Assembly (NCBI GenBank): GCA_965116925.1
Contig: OZ220744.1
Coordinates: 800,001-864,000 of the forward strand
Direction: 5' to 3'
DNA length: 64,000 bases
DNA from: Candidatus Poribacteria bacterium
GTDB taxonomy: Bacteria; Poribacteria; WGA-4E; PCPOR2b
Below are positions 11,567-22,330 of this stretch, one piece after another (position 1 is the stretch's first letter; each line of letters starts with the position of its first letter). The notes under the pieces are model-generated. The model was not told the origin of the DNA and did no database searches. It was given only the letters and a program-made list of their open reading frames with translations. The position numbers and the translations under genes are program-made.

Positions 11567-12715
11567 TCAATTTACCTCAAACGAGATACATAACTGTGTC
11601 GAATTGAGTCTCGCAATTCGCATCGCCTCTAATCCCTTTTCATCCCAAACGCCAGCGATTCTTGTTTCACATTTCGGACAGCTGCCAGCTTTCAGCCGGT
11701 GCTTCAATATTCTGAATCCCCATCGCTCAATGAGGAGTTCACCGCAGCCGGGGCAGTAGGTGTTTTCGTAACGTCCAACATGGCCGGGGCGGTTGCCTGC
11801 GTACACATAATGGAGTCCAGCGTCGTAGCCAATCTCTGCTGCGCGGATAAGCGTGGAGACGGAGGTGTTGTCCGGCTCGGTCAACTTATAGTCCTGATGA
11901 AAAGCTGTCACATGCCACGGAATATCTGGTGAGATAGACACAAGGAAATTGGCAATCTCTTTTAGTACGTCATCAGAATCGTTGAAACTTGGAACGATAA
12001 GCGTGACAATCTCAACCCAGAAATTACGTTCATACAACATCTCAACTGTATCAAGGACATGCTTTAGCACACCGCCGAGCTTGCGGTAATTTCTGTCGTT
12101 GAAATCCTTGAGATCTACTTTATACAGATCTACCCATGGAGCGAGTGCGTCGAGAACTTCGGGTGTAGCGTTTCCGTTGGACACATAGGAGGTGACAAGT
12201 CCATGCTTTCTCGCCTCCTTGAAGATATCAATCGCCCATTCGCTCGTAATGAGCGGCTCATTGTACGTGCTCGTGACAACTTGGGCGTTGTGTCGACGGG
12301 CAAGTGAAACAAACGCTTCCGGTGAAATATCCTTCAGCGGTGCCCCTGCGTTTTTGTCCCGAAGTGCTTGTGAGGTAATCCAGTTTTGACAGTAAGCGCA
12401 GTGATAATCGCAACCCAACATTCCGAAACTCATCGCTAAGGCACCGGGAAATGCGTGGAAGAACGGCTTTTTCTCAATCGGATCGAGTTGCAACGCCCCT
12501 ACGTATCCCCATGGCACATAGAGCTTGCCCCCTTCATTGAACCTCACGCGACAAATACCGGCCCTGCCCGGCGGGATTTTACAATTGTGGCCGCACGCGT
12601 AGCAATGCACCCAATCCGCTTTGTCGGACAGTTTTTCGTACAGGAAACCTTCTTGGGTTCGTGTGGTGAGTGCTCGTTTGAGCGTCATGGCTTCTTCTGG
12701 TTGTTGTCTCGCCAT
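11567..12715 (-). CDS. amrS: AmmeMemoRadiSam system radical SAM enzyme
   Basis: N-terminal CYACGHNC...CRVR, DPIEKKP, CDYHCAYCQNW and C-terminal CPGC/CPKC. Confidence 0.88.
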   Translation of the reverse strand: MARQQPEEAMTLKRALTTRTQEGFLYEKLSDKADWVHCYACGHNCKIPPGRAGICRVRFNEGGKLYVPWGYVGALQLDPIEKKPFFHAFPGALAMSFGMLGCDYHCAYCQNWITSQALRDKNAGAPLKDISPEAFVSLARRHNAQVVTSTYNEPLITSEWAIDIFKEARKHGLVTSYVSNGNATPEVLDALAPWVDLYKVDLKDFNDRNYRKLGGVLKHVLDTVEMLYERNFWVEIVTLIVPSFNDSDDVLKEIANFLVSISPDIPWHVTAFHQDYKLTEPDNTSVSTLIRAAEIGYDAGLHYVYAGNRPGHVGRYENTYCPGCGELLIERWGFRILKHRLKAGSCPKCETRIAGVWDEKGLEAMRIARLNSTQLCISFEVN

Positions 12716-12792
12716 CTTACCTCACCCCAATTTCCACTCACTCCACACACTATACGGAGACATCATTTATTTTGTTAATCTAACGTAAGTTG

Positions 12793-12911
12793 CTAGTACT
12801 CTGTCATATAAGTTTTGCATATCAACAAGGGGGTCGGGTGACCCGACCCCTACGAAGTATTATGAGTCTCAATCCATATAGACAATCATAATTTGCCTGA
12901 CAGTGTACTAG
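12793..12911. mobile_element. MITE family F (CTAG-flanked)
   Basis: TIR ctagtactctgtca / tgacagtgtactag; internal hairpin ggggtcgggtgacccgacccctac. Confidence 0.7.
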
Positions 12912-13038
12912 GACGTGTTGACATTTTGAAGCTGCTGATTCGGCAAATGCTGTAAGCATCAGCCAATCTGCAAAATGTAGCGCAAACTGTTAGTTTGCAG
13001 GCTAAGATCACAATCTAACAGATCGTGGTACAAAAGGC
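12908..13038 (+). mobile_element. MITE family E, left part only
   Basis: ctaggacgtgttgacattttgaagctgctg...gatcacaatctaacagatcgtggtacaaaa matches the other E copies. Confidence 0.75.
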
Positions 13039-13369
13039 TATCTACTTTTGGCTCATGTATTGTGTAACCTACGGATACTGCTGGTTACGGCATACGGAGT
13101 ATGCCTACTACCTTTACACATGTCGCCCCGCTGGGGCTTTGTAGATCCGGTAAAATACCCGGCCTACGGATATTGGGAGTTGACGCGCCACATATAACTA
13201 GCAACTTGCGTTAATCTATGTGTGTAAATATAACCCATTCGCTCCCAAAAGGCAAGCCTCTTTTTGCAGGGTGAACATCTCCTCTACCAACTGTACGTGA
13301 AATTTGTGCTTTAGATGTAGACACGGTTGATCGAATCTGATATAATGGAATAATGTCAAAAGAGAGAGG

Positions 13370-13780
13370 GTGTTGATTGTGCAACAACAGAACCAACCTG
13401 CTAAAAGTAATAAAGTCCTTCAAGGATTCCTTCCCTGGATTATTCTCGGTGTTGGCTTACTAATCATGGTCGTGGGAATTATTATCAGCTCTACGATAAA
13501 AGACAAATCTCCTGCACCGCAACCAGGACCAGCACCGCGCATACCCAAAGTCAATCTCATCATCCATTCCAACGTTGGTGGAGCAGAAGTCTATCTTAAC
13601 GATCAGCAAAAAGCGATTGTTTCTGATACGCACCATAAAGCAACGCTATTCAACCTCGCGCCGAATACATATCAGATTGCGGTGAAGAAACAGGGGTATG
13701 CCGATCGGACGGAGACGGTGGAGATCACGGGACAAACAATCTCTCAAATCGTGGAAATCCCTTTGCGACCTAGCCGATAA
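13370..13780 (+). CDS. Membrane-anchored PEGA domain protein
   Basis: TM helix, Pro-rich linker and PEGA pattern IHSNVGGAEVYLND...YQIAVKKQGY. Start codon uncertain. Confidence 0.7.
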   Translation: MLIVQQQNQPAKSNKVLQGFLPWIILGVGLLIMVVGIIISSTIKDKSPAPQPGPAPRIPKVNLIIHSNVGGAEVYLNDQQKAIVSDTHHKATLFNLAPNTYQIAVKKQGYADRTETVEITGQTISQIVEIPLRPSR

Positions 13781-13789
13781 CCGAGTGAT

Positions 13790-14830
13790 ATGGACTGGAT
13801 ACGTTTCGGACACCCTCATTTCCTATATCTGCTATGGATTACGCCTGCCTTTATCTTACTCTATATCTACGCATTCCGACAAAAGCGGAAGGCATACCAA
13901 CGCTTCAGCAGCCATCATTTTTTTCAAAGACTGACGAGATCTGTCCACTTTGGAAGGCAGAAGGCAAAAGTAGTCTTAATGTCCCTTAGCTATGCGTTCC
14001 TTGTCCTTGCCCTTTCGCGTCCCCAAATCGGAACGACCCTTGAAATGGTCAAGCGGAGTGGGTTGGATATTATGATCGGGCTAGACATTTCGGCGAGTAT
14101 GTTAGCGGAGGACATCAAACCGAATCGGCTGCTCAAGGCAAAGCACTCTATCTCCTCATTTATTGATCGGTTAGAGGGCGACCGAGTGGGTCTGATTGCG
14201 TTTGCGGGAGATAGCTTCGTCCAATGCCCATTGACTATCGACTACACTGCAGCGAAACTCCTGCTTGATTCTCTTGATGTTGACACAATCTCCCAAACCG
14301 GCACAGAGATTAGCCAAGCCATCGAGATAGCCGCATCCAGTTTCAACCAAGAGGAGGATAAGTACAAAGTCCTGCTCTTCTTCACGGATGGTGAAGACCA
14401 CGGGAGGCGAGCAATTGAAGCGGCGGAGGCGGCAGCCAACCAAGGGATACGCATCTACTGTGTTGGCGTCGGTTTGCCGAATCAGGGTACGCCAATTCCG
14501 CTTCGTCAGTCGAACGGTGAATTCCGGGGGTATAAGCACGATAGAGATGGTAAACCGATCGTGACGAAGCTAGAAGATGCGCTATTACGGGAGATTGCTC
14601 AACTGACAGGCGGGAATTATTATCAAGCCACGCCGGGGGGGGCAGAGATAGATCGACTGCTCGCAGAACTCGCTGCAATCGAGAAACGTGAAATCGAGGA
14701 ACGACAGTTCACGCAGTATGAGGATCGGTTTCAATATTTCTTGGCGTTCGCGCTGTTATTTTTGGTATGGGAATTTTTGCTGCCGGAGTCCCGCTCCAAT
14801 AGACCGAACGCTATTAGGGAAGAGAGCTAA
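13790..14830 (+). CDS. BatB-like VWA domain membrane protein
   Basis: N-terminal BatA-type segment, MIDAS DISASM, QCPLTIDY, TDGEDH and a C-terminal TM helix. Confidence 0.88.
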   Translation: MDWIRFGHPHFLYLLWITPAFILLYIYAFRQKRKAYQRFSSHHFFQRLTRSVHFGRQKAKVVLMSLSYAFLVLALSRPQIGTTLEMVKRSGLDIMIGLDISASMLAEDIKPNRLLKAKHSISSFIDRLEGDRVGLIAFAGDSFVQCPLTIDYTAAKLLLDSLDVDTISQTGTEISQAIEIAASSFNQEEDKYKVLLFFTDGEDHGRRAIEAAEAAANQGIRIYCVGVGLPNQGTPIPLRQSNGEFRGYKHDRDGKPIVTKLEDALLREIAQLTGGNYYQATPGGAEIDRLLAELAAIEKREIEERQFTQYEDRFQYFLAFALLFLVWEFLLPESRSNRPNAIREES

Positions 14831-14846
14831 CCCCAGCTGCTACATT

Positions 14847-14954
14847 TATAGTAAATTTTAGAATTAATGAGACACTCCAACTCGGCGCAGTTGGAAACAG
14901 CGCCTACCAAACATGGGGAGCGAAAGTGTCTATTTATTTTTAGCATTCACTATA
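14847..14954 (+). mobile_element. MITE family A (108 bp)
   Basis: About 29-bp imperfect TIR with TA at both ends; internal hairpin ggcgcagttggaaacagcgcctac. Confidence 0.8.
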
Positions 14955-14963
14955 AACCTCATT

Positions 14964-15680
14964 CTACGTGAAGAACTCCTCGTTATGCGGACGCAGATCT
15001 AATTCAAACGCCCACGCACTTTTGGGTTGTTGTACCAAGCTCCAGTACGCTTCAGCGATATCATCGGGCAGCAACAACGGTTCATCTTCCGATAATTGGT
15101 AACGCTCACGGACACTCGGTGTGTCGATAACGCCATCAATGATGATGTGGGCGACGTGAATCCCTTTCGGACCCATCTCTCGCGCTAACGCCCATGCCAA
15201 TCCTCGTACCGCGAATTTCGCGCTGGAGAAAGCAATCGCGCCCGCTCTGCCGCGGATAGCTGAGGTGGCTCCTGTGAAGAGGATTGCACCACTCCCCTTT
15301 TCGACCATATCTGGTACTACCTGTTGAGCGCAGAGGAACGATCCAAAGGCACAGACCTGCCATGAGCGATGAAAGGCTTCAGCGGTCAATTCGCCAAACT
15401 CACCCCACGCCGCATTACCGGCATGATTGATGAGAACGTCCACCCCTCCCAATTCCTCGCGGATTGTGTTAAAACTGGCTTCAACCATTTGGGAATCGCT
15501 GATGTCGGTGGGCAGCGCGAGTGCATTTGTGCCTGATGCGCCTAGTTCAGCGGCAAGTGTTTGGATGTAGTCCGATGATCGGGCGAGTAGTCCTACCTGA
15601 TAACCCTCAGATGCGAATTTCCGTACAAGCGATGCACCCAGTCCAGGACCAACGCCTGTAATTACAGCGGTCTTTTTCAT
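14964..15680 (-). CDS. Short-chain dehydrogenase/reductase
   Basis: TGVGPGLG, NHAG and FSSAK. Start set at MKKT because the longer ORF runs into element E. Confidence 0.88.
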   Translation of the reverse strand: MKKTAVITGVGPGLGASLVRKFASEGYQVGLLARSSDYIQTLAAELGASGTNALALPTDISDSQMVEASFNTIREELGGVDVLINHAGNAAWGEFGELTAEAFHRSWQVCAFGSFLCAQQVVPDMVEKGSGAILFTGATSAIRGRAGAIAFSSAKFAVRGLAWALAREMGPKGIHVAHIIIDGVIDTPSVRERYQLSEDEPLLLPDDIAEAYWSLVQQPKSAWAFELDLRPHNEEFFT

Positions 15681-15720
15681 TTTCATTTTCCTCACTTTTG
15701 TTGAGATATTTTTCAATGGA

Positions 15721-16033
15721 TTAGGGCGTGTTGACATTTTGAAGCTGCTCATTTAGCAAACGCTGGGATCACAATCTAACAGATCGTGGTACAAAAGGCG
15801 ATTGTCCCGATTTATCGGGATTTTCAACGTGGCGTGCAACAAGCCGGGTTGATTGAGCCCAAACTATAGCGCGATGTGCTAAGGGGTGTCAATTTTGGAA
15901 AATCGACCTACAGAAATCCGAGGCCATCTCTGATGTGTGAACAGAGAGGTGGGGGACCCAACCCCTACGAAGGATTATGTGTTTGTGTGCCCCCTTGATT
16001 GTCTGATTGCGATGGAATGTCAACAGAACCTAG
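15721..16033 (+). mobile_element. MITE family E (module Y only)
   Basis: Ends ttagggcgtgttgacatt / aatgtcaacagaacctag with YTAG flanks. Confidence 0.8.
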
Positions 16034-16083
16034 CACCTTAATCATGCTATCATTGACTTCAATTGATGTCCAGTCTAAAAAAC

Positions 16084-16112
16084 TTGCATTTGATTTGGGG
16101 GATGTGCATAAT
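16084..16112 (+). promoter_or_regulatory. Putative sigma70 promoter for the aminopeptidase
   Basis: TTGCAT-17 bp-CATAAT. Confidence 0.4.
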
Positions 16113-16157
16113 AGTTCACCCGAAAACAGCAGCGATCTTAAAAATATTAGAACAAGA

Positions 16158-16265
16158 TATAGCAGATTTTAGAATTAATGAGACACTCCAACTCGGCGCA
16201 GTTACAAACAGCGCCTACCAAACATGGGCCGTGAAAGTGTCTATTTATTTTTAGAATTCGCTATA
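16158..16265 (+). mobile_element. MITE family A (108 bp)
   Basis: Near-identical to the 14847 copy. Confidence 0.8.
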
Positions 16266-16294
16266 AATGTCATACTACGCATTCGGAGGACTGC

Positions 16295-17428
16295 ATGCAC
16301 GATTCACGATTGGAGAAACTTGCAGATGTACTCACAACCCACTCGACTAAGGTACAGCCCGGTGAGTATGTTCTGATTGAAGGGTTTGATATTCCAGAAG
16401 AGATGATTATCGCTTTAATCCGTACAGTGCGGGCGGCTGGCGGGATACCACTCGTTGAGATTAAGCAGAATCGCATCCAGCGCGAACTGCTCCGAGACGC
16501 CGACGAGGAAGGATTAAAGCTAATTGGCGAATACGAAGGCTATCGGATGAAAAAGGTGCAGGCGTATATCGGCATTCGTGGCAGCCAGAACATCGCAGAG
16601 ATGTCGGACGTACCGACAGAGGGGATGCGGGCTTACGAAAAACACTGGCTGACCCCCGTTCACTTCGATATTCGTGTCTCCAAGACGAAGTGGGTGGTTC
16701 TACGTTGGCCCTCACCGTCAATGGCACAGAGTGCAAAAATGAGCACCGAAGCGTTTGAGGATTTCTACTTTGACGTATGTACGCTTGACTATAACCACAT
16801 GGAAAAGGCAATCGCACCGCTCCAAAATCTGATGGAGGGGACGGATGAGGTTCACATCACTGGACAAGGCACAGATTTGAAATTTAGCATCAAGGACATC
16901 CCCGTGATACCCTGCACCGGCGAAAGGAATATCCCTGATGGCGAGTGCTTTACCGCCCCCGTTCGTGAATCGGTCAATGGTGTTATCCATTTTAATACAC
17001 CGACGCTCTATCAAGGGACGGTATTTAACGATATTTGCCTCCACTTTGAGAGCGGTAAGATAGTGGAGGCATCTGCCAATAACACCGAAAAACTTAACGA
17101 CATCCTTGATACAGATCCGGGCGCACGATATATCGGCGAATTTGCTATCGGGTTTAATCCGTACATCCATACCCCGATGCTCGATATTTTGTTCGACGAA
17201 AAGATTGCAGGATCGTTCCACTTCACACCCGGCCAGGCGTATGAGGTCGCGGATAACGGCGTTCGCTCAAGTGTCCATTGGGACATGGTGATGATTCAAA
17301 CGCCTGAGCATGGTGGTGGGGAAATCTCTTTTGATGGGCAGTTAATTCGGAAAGATGGGCAGTTTGTACTCCCTGAGTTGGAGGGGCTTAACCCTGAAAA
17401 TCTGCTGTCCGCATCAGGAACAGATTGA
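16295..17428 (+). CDS. M29 family aminopeptidase (AmpS/AmpT-like)
   Basis: [29 protein letters not shown] and SSVHWD. Confidence 0.93.
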   Translation: MHDSRLEKLADVLTTHSTKVQPGEYVLIEGFDIPEEMIIALIRTVRAAGGIPLVEIKQNRIQRELLRDADEEGLKLIGEYEGYRMKKVQAYIGIRGSQNIAEMSDVPTEGMRAYEKHWLTPVHFDIRVSKTKWVVLRWPSPSMAQSAKMSTEAFEDFYFDVCTLDYNHMEKAIAPLQNLMEGTDEVHITGQGTDLKFSIKDIPVIPCTGERNIPDGECFTAPVRESVNGVIHFNTPTLYQGTVFNDICLHFESGKIVEASANNTEKLNDILDTDPGARYIGEFAIGFNPYIHTPMLDILFDEKIAGSFHFTPGQAYEVADNGVRSSVHWDMVMIQTPEHGGGEISFDGQLIRKDGQFVLPELEGLNPENLLSASGTD

Positions 17429-17432
17429 GGTT

Positions 17433-19523
17433 CTATTTGTCGTTCATCTCCTTAACACGCCGATCGATCTGGCGAAACTGCCAACCCCATCGGACATTGT
17501 AAAGGAACTGACGAAGATCGAATCGGTTATCGTCAGGGGAATAGGACTCGGCGTGATATGACGGTGTCAGTGTTGTCATCTTATGACGGTTCACGGAATA
17601 GTAGTAAAAGAAGCGTTTGACCTTTTCGGCGATCTCTTGGGGCGGGAGATGATTCCATTCATGGACTAATTTCTCAAACATACTTACGGGACCGCACCGA
17701 TCAATTTTCCGCAGCCTGCCGAAACGACTGAGCTCTTCGTAGGTCATTCCCATATCCGCCTCATCCTCCTGCGTGTATGTTTCAGTGATTGGCTCTAACT
17801 CCGCTGTCGGTGGGGCTTCGACCACCTCAGTGAGAGCATGGTAACCCAGATTCTCTGCTGCCCAGCGCAAAAACCGGCGGAGGTCCGTCTTGCTAATCCC
17901 GCCGATTGGGTTCAGATCGGCACTGCTGCAATCGTATTTCGTCACATACCCTCGAAGGCTCTCATCCACGTTGGCACTGCCCAAAACCAGCAACGCACCA
18001 CGTTTGCCCCGCACCCACGGCAACAGTTGCGCCATCAGATAAGCAAGGGTCATACGGATGCGTGCCTGAATATTCTGCAAGGCATTATTCTCCCTCTCTG
18101 TTCCACCCTCCACCTTAAACTTCGGGGTTTTCCCAGTAATGCCCACAAAAAGAGCATAGAGCGCAGCAACGACTGAATCAATATTCACACTCAGGTGGTA
18201 AGAACCGATCTGGTCGGTCAGCCGCTTTGCGCGATCCTGTGTCGCTTTTGAGCTATTCCGGGTTGCCATGTAACAGGTATAAAAGACTCTATTGGCAAAT
18301 TCGCGTGGATCGGTTGGGAGGTAGGCACTATCTTCGCTTTCTCCAGTGATTCGACGGGCATCTTGGATGACTTGTTGGTTGCCTGCTCGCGCTGCCTTTG
18401 CAACCATCTGACACATTGAGCCAACAATAGTTGCCACCGACGAGCTATCCGCCCCACCGGAGATTGGCAAGAAATATCCCGCGACACCGGAGCGTCTCAG
18501 GTAATCCCACAGCCAACAGGCGGGACCGTAGGCAATCTCTTCTTCCGGCGTGTGATAGTTCACATCAATTGTAGAGGAAGGAGAACAAGAGGAATCTTCG
18601 ACGGTCAGGTCAAAATCCGCGCTTATCCGAGGGACTGGATCCGATTGGCTGGCTTGTACCATTCGGCTGATAATTGCGCCACGCTTCGATCGTACGTCTT
18701 CCAGATTAACAGTTGCTGTGACCACTTCGACATCGTTCAGAGAAAACTGCGACCCCTGTGCCACAATCTCCCCATTGAGGGCAATGAGCGCGCACCCATC
18801 GAAATAGAGCCGTCCGCCATCGCACCCCTGTTGATTTGCGTAGAGGTAAACACCGCCACTTTTCGAGGTTGCATTACGGATGAGATCCACCCGCGTGTTC
18901 AGCTTGCGAAGTTCGTGATGTGAGCCTGAACCGTTCGTGATAATTTCAATCCCGTTCAAGCCGAGATAGATATGTGGACTATTTGGCGCGAAAAGTTCCT
19001 CACAGGTTTCAGCGGCTAGGGCAGTATCACGCGCCGCGATTGCTGCATCGCCGAAGGGCACCGTTTCCTGTCCCGTTATCTCCCGGAGCATACGCGGCAG
19101 GTAGTATTCCTCCACTTGTCGTAGGTGTTGCCACGCTGCAAACCATCGGGGTTCCCGATAGTTTCCGTCGGCGGCAAGAATTAGCTTGGGACGGATGAGG
19201 AGAATCTTTCCATTTAGCACGAAGATCCGACAGTTATACCGCACATTTCTGTGCATGACCGGCATCCCGATATCGCACAAAATATCGGTTGTTAGGTCGC
19301 CCTTGAGGATTTCGGCAAGACACTCCCACGAATGGAGAAAGGTATCTCCCTCCAAGAAATGGTCTTCGCAACCGTAGCCCGGTATTTCGAGTTCGGGACC
19401 GAGCCGATAGCGTGCCCCGTTTTGCTTGGCTATCTGAATCGACTCGATAATCCGTCCCAAATTTCCCTCAAAATCGAGTGCCCATTGGGTGAGATTGCAT
19501 GTTGCTAAGGTTGTGAGTTTCAT
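17433..19523 (-). CDS. nadE: Glutamine-dependent NAD+ synthetase, eukaryote-type
   Basis: Nitrilase domain (GPELE, RPK, TCEE) plus synthetase domain ([28 protein letters not shown]). Start set at MKLTT. Confidence 0.95.
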   Translation of the reverse strand: MKLTTLATCNLTQWALDFEGNLGRIIESIQIAKQNGARYRLGPELEIPGYGCEDHFLEGDTFLHSWECLAEILKGDLTTDILCDIGMPVMHRNVRYNCRIFVLNGKILLIRPKLILAADGNYREPRWFAAWQHLRQVEEYYLPRMLREITGQETVPFGDAAIAARDTALAAETCEELFAPNSPHIYLGLNGIEIITNGSGSHHELRKLNTRVDLIRNATSKSGGVYLYANQQGCDGGRLYFDGCALIALNGEIVAQGSQFSLNDVEVVTATVNLEDVRSKRGAIISRMVQASQSDPVPRISADFDLTVEDSSCSPSSTIDVNYHTPEEEIAYGPACWLWDYLRRSGVAGYFLPISGGADSSSVATIVGSMCQMVAKAARAGNQQVIQDARRITGESEDSAYLPTDPREFANRVFYTCYMATRNSSKATQDRAKRLTDQIGSYHLSVNIDSVVAALYALFVGITGKTPKFKVEGGTERENNALQNIQARIRMTLAYLMAQLLPWVRGKRGALLVLGSANVDESLRGYVTKYDCSSADLNPIGGISKTDLRRFLRWAAENLGYHALTEVVEAPPTAELEPITETYTQEDEADMGMTYEELSRFGRLRKIDRCGPVSMFEKLVHEWNHLPPQEIAEKVKRFFYYYSVNRHKMTTLTPSYHAESYSPDDNRFDLRQFLYNVRWGWQFRQIDRRVKEMNDK

Positions 19524-19561
19524 GACTTTGCGTCCAAAGCGTGATGCGTGAAACGTGAAAG

Positions 19562-19972
19562 TTGACATCTCTCTTTGATGCGAGCGGTGTTGTCCTCGCC
19601 TACCTTTTTGGATCGGAGGCGAAAGGCACCACACACCCTGAATCGGACATCGACATCGCCGTTCTGCTATCCGATCAGATCCCGCAAGCGGAATACGGTC
19701 AACGGGTGGTAGACCTCAATACCGAGCTTATTGGCATTTTCCAACGGGATGCAGTTGATGTTGCACTGCTGAACAACGCCCCGCCGCTGCTGGCTTTTCA
19801 AGTTGTACGTCACGGCGTTGTCATCTATGACCCAGATCATCGGTATGTCTCATTCTATGTTGACACATTCAATCGTTATACCGACACCCAACCTTTGCGT
19901 GACCTCCAATGGCAATACTACCTCAAAAGACAGAGTGCCAAATCCCAAAACTCCCGAAGCGAGCCCGATTAA
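19562..19972 (+). CDS. mntA: MntA-type minimal nucleotidyltransferase antitoxin
   Basis: YLFGS.A.G....SDIDIAV...VDVALLN. TTG start with no clear RBS. Confidence 0.82.
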   Translation: MTSLFDASGVVLAYLFGSEAKGTTHPESDIDIAVLLSDQIPQAEYGQRVVDLNTELIGIFQRDAVDVALLNNAPPLLAFQVVRHGVVIYDPDHRYVSFYVDTFNRYTDTQPLRDLQWQYYLKRQSAKSQNSRSEPD

Positions 19973-19974
19973 GT

Positions 19975-20403
19975 ATGATTGATCCACAAGCCACCCAAGC
20001 CTTGTTACAAACGCTTTCGGAATATACCGAAGATCTCCGCACTTATCAGCAGTTGAGTCGTGATGAGGTGGTAGCAGATCGCAATTATCAATCGATGATT
20101 CGTTATGCGCTGCAAACGGCAATCCGGTGTGTGATTGATATTGCGAATCACCTGCTTATCGGCGGCGACTTGGAACAGCCATCTGACAGCCGGTCTGCAA
20201 TACTTGGACTCGGTAGATACGATATTCTGCCTCAAGATTTTGCACAGGAACTCGCTGGCATGTCGGGGCTACGAAACGTGATTGTGCATCGGTATATGAC
20301 GGTCGATGATGAGTTGATCTATCAATTTCTACAACGGTGTGTTACCGATTTTGAGGCGTTTAGTCAACATATCGTCGACTATTTACAAGAAAATTGTCGG
20401 TAG
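19975..20403 (+). CDS. hepT: HepT-type HEPN RNase toxin (DUF86)
   Basis: RNVIVHRY (RX4HXY) motif; ATG 2 nt after the mntA stop. Confidence 0.85.
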   Translation: MIDPQATQALLQTLSEYTEDLRTYQQLSRDEVVADRNYQSMIRYALQTAIRCVIDIANHLLIGGDLEQPSDSRSAILGLGRYDILPQDFAQELAGMSGLRNVIVHRYMTVDDELIYQFLQRCVTDFEAFSQHIVDYLQENCR

Positions 20404-20611
20404 TGGTGCGTTAAACGTAAAGGAACTGATTGCCTGTTGGGTTTCACTGTGTTCATCTGTAATGAGGGGGGTGTCGAAAGGCAGTATCTCTATTGTGCTT
20501 GATAGGGGTTCGCATTTAGACGTTCAACCCAACCTACATCAAACCAGACGGCTTCATGTCTCGTTTTCTGGTTTTCCCGTTTTCCTATCTTTACGTTTCA
20601 CGCATCACGTT

Positions 20612-21628
20612 TCATTCCCACGGCTTCAGGATCATCTTGCTGTTTTGATGAGACGATGAAATTTCAAAAGCCCGCTGGATCTCGCTCATCGGAACAATGT
20701 GACTAATAAGCAGATCAATCAGCGGCGATTCTTGGATGACTTTCATGATGCCCGGAAAATCGCTGAGGTTGTAGTGCCAGTTGCCGATGATAGTGAGCCC
20801 CTTACGGATGAGGTCTGGACTGACGCGGATTGGCAAATCCTGTCCACATTCTCCGACATAAGCAACCTTCCCCTTGCGCCGTGCTGCATCAATACAGAGC
20901 CGCTCCGCTTGAACGGTCCCGGAGCAGTCCAACGCACAATCCACACCGATCCCATCTGTCAAATCTTTAATTTTCTGAACGATGTCCGGATCGCTTGGGT
21001 CAAGGACTTCCGCAGCACCCATCTGCTTCACGCGATCAACCCGCCACGGCACAGATTCCACAGCGATGACCCGCGCACCTCGAAAACGCGCATTGACGAC
21101 CGCACCAAATCCAACTGGACCGATGCCAGTAATCAGTACGGTATCATAGGCACTTAAATCCATCGTCTGAAACGCGCCAAATGAGGGGCCCAGTGCACAG
21201 CAGGCGAGACCGGCATGTTCATAAGGCACCCCATCTGGAATTTTTGGCAGAATCCAAGAAGGTTTCAGGAGATATTGCGCCATCGTCGCCCGTCCTTCAG
21301 GGGCACCGGTGAACGCTGTAAAATCGTAAGCGTTTTCGCAGTGAATGTAGTCCCCGTCAACGCACAGGTGGCATTTGCCACATGGGTACTGCGGCATCAC
21401 AACCACCCGATCTCCCTCTTTGACCTTTCCCGGCTGTGCCACTGCTACGACCTCTCCCGCTGCCTCGTGTCCGAGGAACTCCGATTTGCCTCCCGACACA
21501 TAGCCCTTGTATTCGGTGCACATCGGTGCCGCATGTACCTTGACGACGGCCCAATCCTCTTTGGGTTGCGGATCTGGAACTTCAGCAATTCCCGCTTGGC
21601 GTTCTCCGAGTATAACTGCTTTTTTCAT
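20612..21628 (-). CDS. Zn-dependent MDR alcohol/polyol dehydrogenase
   Basis: GHE, structural Zn site CGKCHLC...C and GIGPVG. Confidence 0.9.
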   Translation of the reverse strand: MKKAVILGERQAGIAEVPDPQPKEDWAVVKVHAAPMCTEYKGYVSGGKSEFLGHEAAGEVVAVAQPGKVKEGDRVVVMPQYPCGKCHLCVDGDYIHCENAYDFTAFTGAPEGRATMAQYLLKPSWILPKIPDGVPYEHAGLACCALGPSFGAFQTMDLSAYDTVLITGIGPVGFGAVVNARFRGARVIAVESVPWRVDRVKQMGAAEVLDPSDPDIVQKIKDLTDGIGVDCALDCSGTVQAERLCIDAARRKGKVAYVGECGQDLPIRVSPDLIRKGLTIIGNWHYNLSDFPGIMKVIQESPLIDLLISHIVPMSEIQRAFEISSSHQNSKMILKPWE

Positions 21629-21680
21629 TTCTTTTCTCCTGAGTGTGTTTACTTGTGGTTCACTTAGTCGGTCTCACGAG

Positions 21681-21979
21681 CTAGGGCGTGTTGACATTTT
21701 GAGAATGCTGATTCGGCAAACGCTGTAATCATCGGGGAATCTGACATAAGTAGCGTTTGCGGACGGAGATCACAATCTAACAGATCGTGGTACAAAAGAC
21801 CACTTTTAGGGACTAATGTTTTCAAAAGGAGACTTCCCGATGAAAAACGGAGTTGGGTTTCACTCTATTTGTCTAGAAGCAGATGTCGTTGAACGACGGA
21901 GCCTCTATTGGACTTGGTAGGGATTGGGTTTTAACCGTTCAACCCAACCTACGGGCCGTTAAATGTCAACAGAATCTAG
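21681..21979 (+). mobile_element. MITE family E (module X only)
   Basis: ctagggcgtgttgacatt ... aatgtcaacagaatctag with CTAG at both ends. Confidence 0.8.
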
Positions 21980-22058
21980 TAAAATTATGATTGGTGTTAT
22001 TTGGCATTATATCAAAATTGGGATGCCATTGCAAGCGGAAACAAAAGACAAAAAAATC

Positions 22059-22087
22059 TTGACATCCCCGCAAACGTCTGTTACTAT
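22059..22087 (+). promoter_or_regulatory. sigma70 promoter of the ileS leader
   Basis: TTGACA-17 bp-TACTAT with an extended -10 TG. Confidence 0.75.
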
Positions 22088-22128
22088 ACTATTTTGTTGG
22101 ACAAAAATCAAACAGGGAGATTTGCACT

Positions 22129-22257
22129 GTGCCATACTCACTATCAATCCACGAATCTATACGCGAGACTGAAAGCCGGAATATACGTCTTTCTATTGAG
22201 ATTATTTCTATTATTATCATTGCGTCTTGCGGTGGTGGGCTGATGGAGACAAAGTAA
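22129..22257 (+). CDS. Ile-rich leader peptide (42 aa): MPYSLSIHESIRETESRNIRLSIEIISIIIIASCGGGLMETK
   Basis: GGGAGA RBS 8 nt before the GTG; 10 Ile codons, 7 of them within codons 23-31; directly upstream of ileS. Confidence 0.8.
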   Translation: MPYSLSIHESIRETESRNIRLSIEIISIIIIASCGGGLMETK

Positions 22258-22284
22258 ACTCGATTACAGCAGTCATAACAATAC

Positions 22285-22330
22285 AAACGCCCACCATCGA
22301 AAACAACTTCGGTGGTGGGCGTTTTTGTTT
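22285..22330 (+). terminator. Attenuator terminator upstream of ileS
   Basis: aaacgcccaccatcgaa-aacaac-ttcggtggtgggcgttt followed by ttgttt. Confidence 0.85.

Larger units (their letters stand above)
12783..13211. mobile_element. MITE family G (IS982-like ends) containing nested F, partial E and REPs
   Basis: TIR acgtaagttgctag / ctagcaacttgcgt; exact 7-bp flanking duplication TAATCTA at 12776-82 and 13212-18. Confidence 0.8.

Noticed and set aside
19524..19634. N-terminal extensions of nadE, and of the ORFs starting at 15752, 46227 and 58823
   Set aside because: They run through repeats, neighbouring genes or intergenic DNA. Downstream ATGs fit the family N-termini better.
22001..22243. 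80-aa ORF with a Leu-rich tail upstream of ileS
   Set aside because: It starts upstream of the promoter. The Leu run is an alternative frame of the Ile codon run.
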